Of a stretch of DNA of 64,000 nt, positions 33,725 to 46,500 are shown in pieces. The DNA is from Vermamoeba vermiformis (Eukaryota). Below the pieces are notes generated by a model, which made no database searches, had not been told where the DNA came from, and worked only from the letters and a program-made list of their open reading frames with translations. The stretch is taken from contig JBEWZL010000302.1 of NCBI GenBank assembly GCA_045837725.1, positions 124,001-188,000 of the forward strand. The letters are read 5' to 3'. The translations under genes and the position numbers were made by a program. Positions within the stretch are counted from its first letter, which is position 1; every line of letters starts with the position of its first letter.

Positions 33725-36667
33725 TTAATCGACTTCCATCTTCTCAGAACCAGGAGCGGCAGCATTATTAGAGCTTGCTGCTCCAGTGTTTTCCGGATTT
33801 GCTTGAGTTTGCTCGGGTTGAGGTTGGGCGGCATTTGGGGCTTCGCCTTCCTTAGGAGCCTCCTTAGGGGTCTCCTTAGGCTTGGGCTTAGGCTTGTTCA
33901 TAATACCGTTGCCGAAAATGCGCAAGTTATTCGTTCGTTCCTTGAGATCCTTGGTAAGCAAAACTGGATCTTGGTAAGATTGCAAAGTAGCTTGCTTGTC
34001 AGCTTGTTCCTTGATCAATGAAGCCACACGCTCGCATTCAGCAAGAAGCTTCTCGCGGTCGGCAGATTCAATGTGATCGTAGGCAGGATCGGTGGAGGCA
34101 GCCTTGCCCTTGTATTCACCAATAACTTGCCAGAACTCGTTCAAAGCAGCAGGTCGGGTCTCAGATTCGTTGAATCGAACGGCAACCTTGTCTCCAACAG
34201 CCTTCAATTCGGCCAACTTCTTTTCGTAAACTTGTTTGGTTTGTTCTTCTTCGTACAACCAGTCTTCAGTGGCGCTCAATTGGCTGTAGAAAGTGTCTTT
34301 GTCAGCGGGGGCAATGAACTTCTCCCATGAGCCGTTCAACTTGTCCTTAGTGTCATAAACGTAGGCCTCAACGGCGTTACGAGCATCGTTGGTAGCAATG
34401 ACTTCCATGTCAATCTTGTGCATGTCACTTTCGACCTTGATGCACTTTTGAATTTCAGCAGAGCTCAAGCCGAAGCTCTTCAAAGTCTCCAACTTGCAAG
34501 GAGTGTATCTGGTAACAACCTTCTTGACCATCTTGGGTTCCTTCTTCTCGCCTTCCTTCATGGCAGCATCTCCGTCAGCTTGAGCGGTGGGTTCGGGGGA
34601 CTTGGGAGCCTCTTCGGGGACAAGCTCTTCAATATCTTCAACCAATTCGGGGCTCTCGGCAGTGACGAGACCGTTCAAGTCCAATCGGACCTTCAAACGG
34701 ACTTCAATCTTGCCGGCGGCGTTTTGAGGGTTGGGAATACCCTTGACGACATAAGAGGCCAAGCATTGAGGAGTGCCAGGAGGGAGCTTAGTGGGGTCAG
34801 TGTACCTGGCATCGACTTGGAATGGAGAAGTATCCTTGCGAGGGAATGTGACGTGTTTGGGAGCAGGCATGGGGTTGTATTTCTTGAACAACTCGACGCT
34901 CTTCTCTTGGGTGTCGTTGGCGTTATCGTGGCTCTTCCAAGCAACGGTGACTGAGTATTGAGTGCCGTCGATGATGGTGTAGTCACGCACTCTGAATTTA
35001 GGGCTCAAGATGGCGCATTGCAAAGCGGCACCCTTGGCGATGTTTTCTTCGGCGTTGGTAGTTTGGCTGAGTTCTCTGTTGAAGAAGGTCTTGAGGGCGT
35101 TTTGAACGACTTGGGCACGAGAAGAACCACCCAAAATTTCAATGGCGTTGAACTTGTCGGCAGCAATACCGCACTCTTCCAACACTTCCTTGATGGGTTG
35201 AAGAATACCAGGGATGACATCACTCTTTTCAATCAATTCCATAAACTCTTCACGCTTCATCAACATAGCGAAGTCAATCTCGCCAATCAAGCATTCGATG
35301 TTAACAGCGGCAGTGGGGTTCATGTTCAAAGTCTTCTTGACCTTCTCGGCGGTAGCCAAGATACGTTTCCAGGCACGAGGGTTAGTGCGAGGATCTGTCT
35401 TGTGTTTGGCTTGGAAGGCGTCGGCAATGTAGTTAGAGAGGACCCAATCGATGTTACGACCGCCCATATTTCTGTTGAAGGATTGAGAAAGGATCTTGAA
35501 CTTGTCCTTGTGGAATTCAACGGCAGCAACGTTGGTGTTAGCGTAGCCGACGTCAACGAAGAGAACCTTAAGAGGCTCGTTGTCAGGAATGTTTGTCTTG
35601 TAAATACCATATGAAAGAGCGCCTGAAAATTCGAATTAGAAACTGGTTCACAAGCGGAGAGAATATTATTTAAAAATTTCGGTCGATTAGTTTGCTGCTT
35701 GGTAAAGCGGGGGTAATGAATACTTACATGCAGTCATATCGTTAACAATACGCATGCAGTTGAGACCGGCAATTTGGCAGGCGTCCAACATGGCACGGCG
35801 TTGAAGATCAGTCCAATAGCCCGGGACGGACACGACGACTTCTGAAACTTTAGCGCCAGTACCCTTTTCGGCAAGACCTCTCAATTGAACGAGCATCATA
35901 GCAGCGAGTTGTTCTGGCAAGACAATAACCTTTTCTCCTTTGTACATGACCTAAAAGGATCGGATCGTCAGAAAAAAACTCTGAATTAATTGAATATGCA
36001 GAAAATGTACGAAAAATACAATTATTATTAATGGCGCAAATTAAATATTTTTTTGTGTCGGTTATTGTTCAAGAAGTCATCTATGCGTGGCGCCACGTAA
36101 GCGTGACCAGCTAAACCGATCACGAAAAAAACTTTCCTTCAATAGCGTGAAATAATATCTGAATAATTGTACATACCTCAAGGCCAATTTTATCGTCGGG
36201 CAAAGGGACAACTGGAGGGTTTCCAAGCATGGGCAATTCGGCTTGAAGATCCGCATCCCATTTTCTGCCAAGGAGTCTCTTAATTTGTCCGACAGTATTC
36301 TTCATGTTAGTCAATTGCTAATAAAAATATGTCAGATTTATGCGTAATTAATGGTTGACGATAAGAATTTAATTAGATTGGGTGGATCTGTCGCTTACCT
36401 GCACAGAGCCAGCTTCACCAACAAAGCGTTGCTTGTCGCCAAAACCGACGACGGCACTAATAAATAAGAAAAGTTAGTCCGGTGGTTGGGAAGTAAAATA
36501 CAAGACTAAATCCCAGATGTCTATCACAAACAGTGAGCTGAACAGATCAAGAATACTTACGGAGTCTGTCGGCTGGAGGTCTCGTTCATGAGAACGTCAA
36601 TACCTCCCTTTTGGGCAGCAGCGACAACGCAAACACTAGTACCAAAGTCAAAACCTACTGTAGCCAT
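33725..36667 (-). CDS. HSP110/Sse1-type Hsp70-family chaperone (nucleotide exchange factor)
   Basis: MATVGFDFGT, GGIDVLMNETSSRQTP, GGSSR, NAEENIAKGAALQCAILSPKFRVRDY, TEDWLYEE and C-terminal MEVD. Confidence 0.94.
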
Positions 36668-37091
36668 TTCGATCTAACTTTTCAACAGCAAAAATACGTT
36701 TCCTTTTTGGTGTGTTGTGGTTGATATAGCAAAATAAAGAATTACAGACTTCACGAGTTTCGGTTTTTGCTCTCGCCCAAAAATTCTTGTTTTCATCAAT
36801 TTCGTGGAGTTTTGCTTTGGTTTTCATTTAGTTTTCGCTGGAATACTGCGGATCTTGGACCGAAACTGAAACGGTGCCGCACTCGCATTGACTACGCTAT
36901 GAGTGTTCAGAGAAGTCTTATGAAGTTACACGCTTACTTTTGCCGCAATTTTTTATTCGCAACGCGACCGCCAAGATCCGTGTAGTCACGTATTAGTTAC
37001 AACCGCTCGCTGTACACGCTAGTTGAGCTAGAATACACTTGTTACGTTGAGCAAACAAGAATTGGAGCAAAAAAGCGACCAAGAGCATCGC

Positions 37092-40000
37092 TTATTTCTT
37101 TTTCTTGGGACCAGCAGTCTCCCAGCCATCATCTCCACCAGACTTCTCGGCAGGGGCGTTCGAGGATCTGTTGTTGTTGCCGGGGCCCTTGTTGTCGCGT
37201 CTCCAGCCTTCATCACGAGGAGGACGAGTGCTTCCACCAGTGTTGGAACGAGGGGCATCAGAGCGAGGAGCATCACGAGGAGGTCTCTCGTCACGAGGAG
37301 CGTCACGAGGGGGACGGTCATCTCTGTTTGAGCGCCATCCGCCTTCCTTGGGTTCATCACGACGCCATTTGTCCTCTTTGGGAGCATCACGAGGTTGCTC
37401 GGGGCGAGGAGGTCTCTCTTCACGAGGAGCGTCACGAGGAGGACGGTCATCTCGGTTCGAGCGCCAGCCACCTTCTTTAGGCTCGTCACGGCGCCACTTG
37501 TCTTCCTTTGGAGCATCACGAGGTTGCTCGGAGCGAGGAGGACGTTCGTCTCTGTTGGAACGCCAGCCACCTTCTTTAGGCTCGTCGCGGCGCCATTTGT
37601 CTTCCTTAGGAGCATCACGGGGTTGCTCAGAACGAGGAGGACGTTCGTCTCTGTTCGAGCGCCAGCCACCTTCTTTAGGCTCATCACGACGCCATTTGTC
37701 CTCTCTGGGTTCATCGCGAGGACGCTCATCACGAGGACGCTCCTCACGGCGCCACTTATCTTCTCTAGGTTCATCGCGAGGACGGTCATCACGAGGACGC
37801 TCCTCACGGCGAGGCTCTTGATCGGAACGAGAATTGTCACGTCTCCAGCCCTTGTCTTCGACTCTCTCAGTGCGTTCAGCACGTCTGGGCTCTTCATCAG
37901 CTTGCTCAGACTGCTCAGTGGGGGCAGGAGTAGCCTCGGGCTTGCGCTCACGTCTCCAGCCCTTGTCTTCAGGTCTGTCAACACGAACACCTTCGCTCTT
38001 GGGAGGAATGAAGGCAGCTTCGGGGTTGCGTGCTGAAGGAGGTCTATATTTGCCGTCAGAAGCACCGGGACGTCTCCAAGGACCTTCGGCAGCGCGGGCG
38101 GCTTCGTTGGCCTTGGCATCCTTCTCGCGTTGTTCGCGGATCTCCTTGTCGCGGGCTTCACGAGCCTCGGCGGCAATGCGAGCTTGTTCCTCGCGTTCCT
38201 TGGCGGCCTCTTCTTCTTCCTTCAGGCGTTGAGCCTCGCGGATCTTAGCCTCCTCTTCTTGTTTCTTTCTTTGCTCTCTGAAAGCAGCAAGTTTCTTTTC
38301 GCGTTCGGTGTTGAGTCTTTCGTACTCTTCCTTTCGGCTAGCCATAATCTTGTTGATGAAGGAGCTGCGGTCGGCTTCAATGCGCTTCAATCTCTCACGA
38401 TCGCGTTGAGCGTTCTCGTAGGCTTGCTTGTGAGTCTCGAGGAACTTGACGCGTTGCTGTTGCCAGTGAGCTTTTTCGCTCTCTTGGCGCTTCTTGTACT
38501 CTTCGAGCAAGACAGGGACTTCAGCCTCGCGACGAGCACGGTTCAAGTGGTCGAGGCGCATGGCAGCGTCGTGGAGTTTTTGCTCAGACTTTTCGCGTTC
38601 GCTTTGGATCTTTTGAAGTTGGATCTTGACGAAGTTGCTAGGATCGTGAGCAATCAACTCTTCTTCTTGCTTGCTAAGCTTGCTCTTGGTAGTAGTGGCC
38701 AAACGTTGAGCAATGGCAAGAGCGTCACGTTGTTCGGCCTCCTTCTTCTCCTTGGCAAGGCGCTTTTGTTGTTCTTCGGCAGCCTTTTGAGCAGCAATAG
38801 CCTTTTGACGTTCGGCAGCTTCCTTTTGCTTGGCTTGCTCCAATTGAGCAATCTTCTTGGCTTGTTCGGCCTCTTGAGCTTCGCGGATCTCCTTGATCTT
38901 TTCGATGATAGATCTTCTGTTGAGAGTGCGCTTGTGCTCAGCCTCAAGACCCTTCAAGACGCTAGCCCAACCCTTGCGGCGAGCCTCAGCGGCTTGAACG
39001 CGCTTCTCTTCGGGAGTGATGAGAGAAACGACCTTGGCCAAGTTCTTGGCGGCTTGGACGACCTTAGACTTGGTTCTGTCGTTTTGAAGAGTTGAGATCT
39101 GGAAGATCATGACGTTGTGACGGTGATCGACGCGGGCCTCAACTTGCTTGTTCAAAACAACGCGAACGGCAAGCTTCTCAGCTTCTTGGGGTTGAACGAA
39201 GTCAGCCAACTTGTACAAACGAGGCAATTCGATCTTTTGGTAAACTTCAGACAATTGATTCAACAATTTGCCGAAGCCCAAATGAGAAATGCTCTTAGTG
39301 TACTGCTTAAGGGCGTCTTGAGAGGCGATGAAGTCAAGCTTGTGCTTCAAAGTAGGGCCAAATTCAAGAGGATGGAACTTTTGTTCAAAGATGTTGTAAA
39401 GATCCGAAAGCTCGGGCAAGACAGTCTTTGTGATGTCCTTAGCCAACTATGAAGCAGTATTAGTGCCAAAGTCGATATTTGGTTACGGCATCATTACTTA
39501 CCAAGTCTTGGATCAAACCTTCGCGCTTGTCGATCGAGAAGTTCAACAAACCAGCCATACGAGCATTGCGCTCCTTTTGTGTATCAAATTCGCCCATGAA
39601 TTCGTCCTCCTCTTCGCGCACAACAGGGACCGACAAAGCGGCCAACAAAACTTGAGAAGCCAAACTAAAGATCGCGGATTAGATCCAGTAACAAACGTTT
39701 CAAAGATGTTACTCACATTCGAGATTCGTCAGCAGACAACTCGGAGTGTACTTGCTTGAGTTCGTAGTATTTGTTCCAAGCATAAGCGTGGTACAAGTAA
39801 CCCTCGGACACCCAGAAGATGCGAGCCAACTTCTCGTAGTAGTTCATCAACATGTGAGCGGTAGGAGCCTTCTTCGATGTGACGATAAGATTGTTAATAT
39901 CTTCGGCAGTTCTGAAAGCTTCTTGCCACAATTCGAGGCTGGTAGCAGTGTTAAGTTGAGCGAATCTGATCTCCAATTGGAATTGAACAGTATCGCTTGA

Positions 40001-40997
40001 TTCTAATTGTTTTTGTTTAGTCAAGACTTGCAAATGGCTGCGCAACAAGTCATTGAGACGCTTGAATTCGTTAGTTCTCTTGTATCGTAAGCAAAAATCG
40101 AAAGCTTGTGTGGTGGTTTCTTTGTACATTCCTTCTAACTTCATATTGTTTCGCAAAATTTCTAAGATGGTTCTGTATGTTTCCCATAAAAATTTCAGCC
40201 AGGGAGTAACGATCTCTCTGTCTGTACGATCCTACAAAAAAAATGCATGTCAGCAATGGTTCTCATGGAAAAATAGGGCAATAATCGATATAAATCGATC
40301 AAAAAATGACGTACCTTGGTGTCTTCACCAGAAACAGCTCGTAACAGCTGTTCAGCCGAGAAGTCTTCTTCAAGATCTTCAACCTCAAGTAAGATACCTT
40401 CGGCTTTTGTTTGTGCCTCTCTGTTATATCATAATTATTATTTGCACGATCATTGCAACGATAGAATTAATAATTAATTGAGAATTAGAAAGAGATCGAA
40501 TCTGATCGTTTCAAAAAATTATTCTTACCTTGCGGCAGCGGTGGCGCTTTCCAAAAAGGTCTTCAACACAACTTCCAACGACGAGGGAATCTGTTGTGTG
40601 ATGATTCTGTATTGGTGCAAGCCGTCCTTGGCTTGCTTGCCGCGTTGGAGAGCAACGCAAAGCTCGATGAACTTGACCATAATCTTCTCGCTCATCTTGC
40701 TCCAAGTACGATTTCTCTTTGACGTAACCTGTTCATAGAGGAAATCGACTGCTTCTGCCTTTTGGCCGGCAGCTGCGAGATCTGAAAAGATTTGGATTTG
40801 TCAGATTTTAATTAATAATTATGGATAGTGGCACAATAAATCGTGATATTAATTATTATTACCACGATTGTATTGTATTGAATTTAATTCAGAAAATCGT
40901 GACATAAGATCGCATGAATCTTGGTTGTATTGCACGGGCTCCAATAATTACCTTCAGCTCGCTTTAGAACATATTCGGGTTTACCCTTAGCATTCAT
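37092..40997 (-). CDS. eIF3a: Eukaryotic translation initiation factor 3 subunit A
   Basis: [49 protein letters not shown] region, charged helix and DRPPR/WRR repeat tail. Confidence 0.95.
37260..37830 (-). repeat. Coding tandem repeats in the eIF3a C-terminus (about 99-nt units encoding [33 protein letters not shown], plus shorter variants)
   Basis: Near-identical repeated units are visible in both DNA and protein. Confidence 0.9.
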
Positions 40998-41139
40998 TAT
41001 TATAATTGATGGATAAAAAATGAGAACAGGCCAGAAAAAAGTTTTTATGGCGTTGTTAAGCCGCCCTGGTCCTGGTCCTGGCTTAACTGGATCTGAACAT
41101 TTTCTCGCTATTCTTGTTTTCGTATTGTAAAGATCAATC
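40998..41139. promoter_or_regulatory. Probable bidirectional promoter between eIF3a and eIF3l
   Basis: Only 142 bp separate the divergent ATGs. The gap contains (CCTGGY)x3 at 41065-41082, overlapping an inverted repeat GTTAAGCC/GGCTTAAC (41055-41087). Confidence 0.6.
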
Positions 41140-43145
41140 ATGGCTGACGATAAATTGAGCTGGAGCGAGCAAGTCGAGAAGCAAGCTAACGAAATCCCAG
41201 ATCAAGTCAAAAACTTCATCCTGGGCTTCCAGCAAGCAATCAAGGACCAAAATATCGCCCAAATTACTCAAAACTACGACAATAATTGGAATAAATTGAC
41301 GGACAAGTTTTACAAGCAAACAGAATGGCCCAGCGTTGATAATGTTGCTCCTTTGGTTAACGAAGGTAGGATTAATTATTAATTGAACGTAATAATCATT
41401 GATTGATATTCTATCATGCCATCTGTATTATGCGCGATATATTATTGATGCAAATAATTTTTTAACTGTTGAGAGAAAAGCACAAAAAATTTATGGATGC
41501 GATTTGATCTGATACGCTTTTATTACCTCCAAATCTAATAATACTTTACAGATAAGACATTTTTGTGCTTTTACAAAGAGTTGTGGACTCGCCACTTGTT
41601 CTCTCGCCTCCACACTCACGCCACAATCGAACACCGCTTCAAGGCTTGGGAGAACTACTGCGAGTTGTTCAACTTCTTGATCAGTAAGTCACATTATGAA
41701 ATATTAGAAACGCGTGTTTAATTGTTTGTCTAGATGCTGACAAAGGTCTCGAATTGGATCTGCCCAACCAATGGATTTGGGACATCATTGACGAGTTTAT
41801 CTACCAATTCCAAGAGTTTTGCCAATACAGATCTAAGTTAAAGAACAAGACCCCTGAAGACCTCGCCAAGTTGAAGGCCAATCCTCAAGTACGATACAGA
41901 AAATTGGACCTCGAGTCACCGATCTGATCTAATTATGTTATTCCAGGTCTGGAGCATTCAAGGTGTTCTCAAGTACTTGCAATCCCTCATCGACAAATCC
42001 AACATTCTTAAGACTTTGGAGAAGGAGAAACAAAAGCAAAGGTTCGTCTACAAATTAATCAAACATTCTGATTTGCGATCTGGATCTAACGTGTTCTTGT
42101 CTCATTAGCGGTGCTGAAGTTGAAGACGACAAATCTGAAGGATTCGATTTTGCTTCTCAAACTTTGTTCAAGATGCTCGGTTACTTCAGCATCGTTGGTT
42201 TGTGCAGAGTTCACTGCATGTTGGGCGACTACTACATGGCCTTGAAAGTTCTCTCTCCTATTGACTTCAACAAGAAGGGTCTCTACACTAAGGTCATCGC
42301 CTGCTATATCACTCTTTACTACTACATGGGCTTCGCTTACATGATGACTCGTCGCTTCGTGGATGCCATTAAGACTTTCTCCAGCGTTTTGCTTTACATT
42401 TCCAGAACTCGTCAACCTCACACTAAGTCATACCAACACGATTTGGTAAGTATTAATCACGTTAGAGGTCTTCAAGTGTTCTAACGTGCCTTTTCAGATC
42501 GCCAAGAAGAACGAGCAAATGTACGCTTTGTTGGCAATTTTGATTTCATTCTGCCCTCAACGTATTGACGAGCACGTTAACAACGTCTTGAGAGAGAAGC
42601 ACGCCGATAACATGCAACGCATGCAAAAGGGGTAAGCCGATAAATCTGGTAGATTTTACGACATGCTAGATCTAACGCGCTGCAGAGAGTTGAAGATTGC
42701 TGATGACTTGATGATTGCTGCCTGCCCTAAGTTCATCAATCCCTCTGTCACCATCGACGATGACAGCACTCGTGACCCCATGAAGCTTCAAATTAAGATT
42801 TTCTTGAACGAGCTCGAACAACAGATCAAGCTCCCTACCTTGCGCTCTTATTTGAAGTTGTACACTACTATTGGCATCTCTAAGTTGGCTTCCCTCTTGG
42901 AAATCAAAGAAGACGACGAGGCTTTGCGAACATACTTGTTGGCCTTCACTCACAAAAACAGAAATTTGGTTTCTGGTGGCGGATCTCCCTCCGAAGGCAA
43001 GTGGGCTTCCTCATCTGACATTGAATTCTATATTGACAAGGATATGATCCATATTGTCGACACTAAGGCTGTCAGACGATACGGAGAGTTCTTTACTCGT
43101 CAATTCAACAAGTTGGACGAAATTATTGCTGACATTAGCGAGTAA
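41140..43145 (+). CDS. eIF3l: Eukaryotic translation initiation factor 3 subunit L
   Basis: WNKLTDKFY, LPNQWIWDIIDEFIYQFQ, LGYFSIVGLCRVHCMLGDYY, ACPKF, LRSYLKLYTTI and DMIHIVDTK. Confidence 0.95.
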
Positions 43146-43520
43146 GCTCGATCTAGTTAATGAAAAGCTTAATGCAACGAACCATTTTGCAACTTGACTA
43201 TTACCGCGAAATAAAAATAACGTTAAAAGTAAGGATTAATGTCATTAAACTGATGCACGGGCTAGCGAATCCACGTGAAACACCAAATCCGGTAATGAAA
43301 GTTGTTTTGGCAGGTTTAAGCATATTAAGGGCAGTTGCACGGTGCTTTGAGTCGGGGATAACTTATTTAGGTCTGTTCCACGCCGATTCTCGAGAAGTTT
43401 GGAAAATTTTCGTAGTTTTTCTATGACCGAGAGAAATGTTTGCGCTTTTTTGGCATTCCCACTAGACTTTTGAATATTGACCACAATTGAGAATAGCATT
43501 TATTCTTATTGTTGTTACCA

Positions 43521-46500
43521 ATGGAAAAGCTCCTGAATTTTAACGAGAGCTTGGATGTTAATCTGTTAGATCGGGTGGTCTCTGCCTTGTACACTGGCAA
43601 GCCTGATGAGGTGGGTATAGGACGCCATTTATATGCGCGACGCATTTAATATTAATTGAAGGATGCATTTCCCTGAAAGCTCCTCCAATAATTTTTATTT
43701 TTTCTAGATTACAAATGAAATACAGGACCGCCTCCAATAATTTTATTTTTGCTTGTATTACGTTAGTTCCATTATTAATATTATATTCTAGATTAACATG
43801 GCCCAAAAAATAATGCACCAGTTCAAGGAGCATCCACAATCTTGGACTCGTGTAGACACAATTTTAGAATATTCTCAAAACCCTCAAACTAAATATTTTG
43901 CTCTATCAATTTTGGAGGACCTTATTAAGAGCAGATGGAGGATCTTGCCAAAAGAACAAAGGGACGGGATCAAGAATTATATAGTCAACCTGGTTATCAA
44001 ACTCTCATCAACGGACGACGTCCGATTAAAGAATGGACTGCTTTTGGGACAATCCAATAAGGTCTTAGTTCAGGTAAGAGACAGACAAACAAAAATTTAA
44101 AAGATCTGACCGGTCACTTTTTTTGGCGGGCTTATGGATCTTGCTTTCTGCATAATACCTTTGTGGGTGGATGTAAATATTAATATTTAATTATACAGAT
44201 ATTGAAACAAGAATGGCCTCACAATTGGGAGGGATTTATCCCCGAGATCGTTGGTGCTAGCAAAACAAACGAATCCCTGTGCGAGAACAACATGACGATT
44301 TTCAAACTTTTAAGGTAATATAGTTATTACACTATATTTTTAGATTACAATGCGATTTTTGAAGGAATTATTGAGATATTTATTCGAAAAATTGTTATTG
44401 ACGTTGTTTTTTGGCATTAGCGAGGACGTTTTCGAATTCTCAAAGGACCAAATGACTCAAGCCAAGATTAAAGAGATGAAAACAAAGTTCAACAACGATT
44501 TCTTCTTGATTTATCAACTCTGTGACTACATTATGAACAACACTCAAAAGCCTAGCCTCTTGCAAGCGACATTGGAGACCTTGCTCAGATTCTTATCTTG
44601 GATTCCCTTGGGATACATTTTCGAAACTAATCTCGTCACTGGTCTCATCTCGAAGGTACGCGCATAGTGACGTCTGTCACGAAATGTCTTTTTGCCTTTT
44701 ATGGCAAAATAGGTTTTACAAGCGAACAGCAGCAAAGTCTAACACCTTTTAGTTTTTGCCCGCTCCTGCTCTTCGTAACTTGGTCTTGCAGTGTTTGGGT
44801 GAAGTTGCAGGCCTTGACGTCGGCGAGAACCAAAACGTCCAATTCCAACAGATGTTCAAGATGTTTATGGAACAAATCGTAGTCATTTTGCCGCCTCATG
44901 TCAGTAAGTACTCGCGGGCATTATTGTTTTTTGAATAGTATACTAATTCGGCGGTTCAGATATTCCTCAAGCTTACGAACGAGGAAGCGACCAAGACCAA
45001 CAGTTCATCTACCATTTGAGCTTGTTCTTCACGACATTCTTCAAGCATCACTTGCCATCCGTCGAGCAATTGCAGTTCCATCCCATGTTGTTGGCTGCGC
45101 ACCAATACCTCGTTCAAATTTCGCTAGTCAACGACCCCGAGGTGTTCAAAATCTGCTTGGAGTATTGGAACACATTGGCTTCATCGCTCTACTACGAAGC
45201 TCCTCTTATTTCACAGCCTTTGTTGCTCGGAAAGCCCACTCAAACACCTCGCCGTCAATTGTACTCAGAAATCCTGTCAAAGGTCCGAGAAGTGATGATT
45301 AGTCGCATGGCCCGCCCTGAAGAAGTAATTACTCCCTAATATACCTACAAACGACAAGTTAACTAACGCGGGTGGTTTAGGTTTTGATTTCCGAAGACGA
45401 GAACGGAGTTATTTCTAGGATATATTTGAAGGACACTGAAAACATCGCCTTGTACAAGATTATGCGCGAGACATTGATTTTCTTGACGCACTTGGATTAC
45501 GAAGATACTCAGAACATTATGCTTCGAAAGTTGGACGCTCAAGTTGATGGCTCTGAATGGGGCTGGGGTCCTCTCAGCACTCTCTGCTGGGCTATTGGTG
45601 CTATTGCTGGTGCTCAATGTACGTACTAATGTGACCTTGGTGCCATCTTATAACAATTACTAACGACGTGTCATTTAGCTGAGGAAATGGAGAAGCGTTT
45701 CTTGGTTACCGTTATTCGCAACTTGCTCGAACTGACAGAAATGAAGAGCGGTAAAGACAACAAAGCAGTCGTGGCCAGTAACATTATGTTCATTGTCGGT
45801 CAATACCCGCGATTCTTGCGAGCCCACTGGAAGTTCTTGAAGACCGTCGTTAACAAATTATTCGAGTTTATGCACGAGACTCACCCTGGTGTTCAAGACA
45901 TGTCTTGCGACACTTTCTTGAAGATTGCACGCAAATGCAAGCGAAAGTTTGTCACTGTTCAACAAGACGAGAGACGGCCATTTATTGACGAGATTTTGGA
46001 CGAGATTGGCAACATTATTTCTGAGCTCCAAGACCAACAAGTACACACTTTCTTCGAAGCCGTCGGCCACATGATTTCAGCGCATCACGACCCGAACGTC
46101 AAGGCCCAACTCATTACTCGATTGATGGAAATGCCGAACCAAACTTGGGCCGAGATCATGAAGCAAGCCGCACTCAACTTGGCTTACTTGAAGCAACCCG
46201 CCACTGCCGCCAAGTTGTTGAACATTCTCAAGACCAACACTCGTGCCTGTCAATCACTCGGCCATTCATTTGTCACTCAATTGGGACGAATGTATTTGGA
46301 CATGTTGAACGTCTACAAAGTGTACAGCGAGGAGATTTCAAACATCGTCGCTACTCAAGGTCCTCAAGCGACTAGAACCCAACAAGTCAAGAGTCTTCGT
46401 AGTGTCAAGAGCGAGACCTTGCGCTTGATCGAGACTTGGATTGACAAGGCTGAACAAGTCGAGCCTATTGTCCGAGACTTCTTGCCACCTCTGCTTGCCG

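Noticed and set aside
37260-37830. Regularly spaced repeats that could be mistaken for a CRISPR-like array
   Set aside because: They are in-frame coding repeats of the eIF3a tail with no unique spacers, in a eukaryotic gene.
37028-39095. Long alternative-frame and antisense ORFs over eIF3a (likewise over HSP110, DDX3 and DPYD)
   Set aside because: Shadow ORFs caused by strong codon bias and coding repeats. They have no independent protein features.
43682-43750. About 20-bp direct repeat CCTCCAATAATTTT(T)ATTTTT in XPO1 intron 1
   Set aside because: A simple local duplication with no element features.
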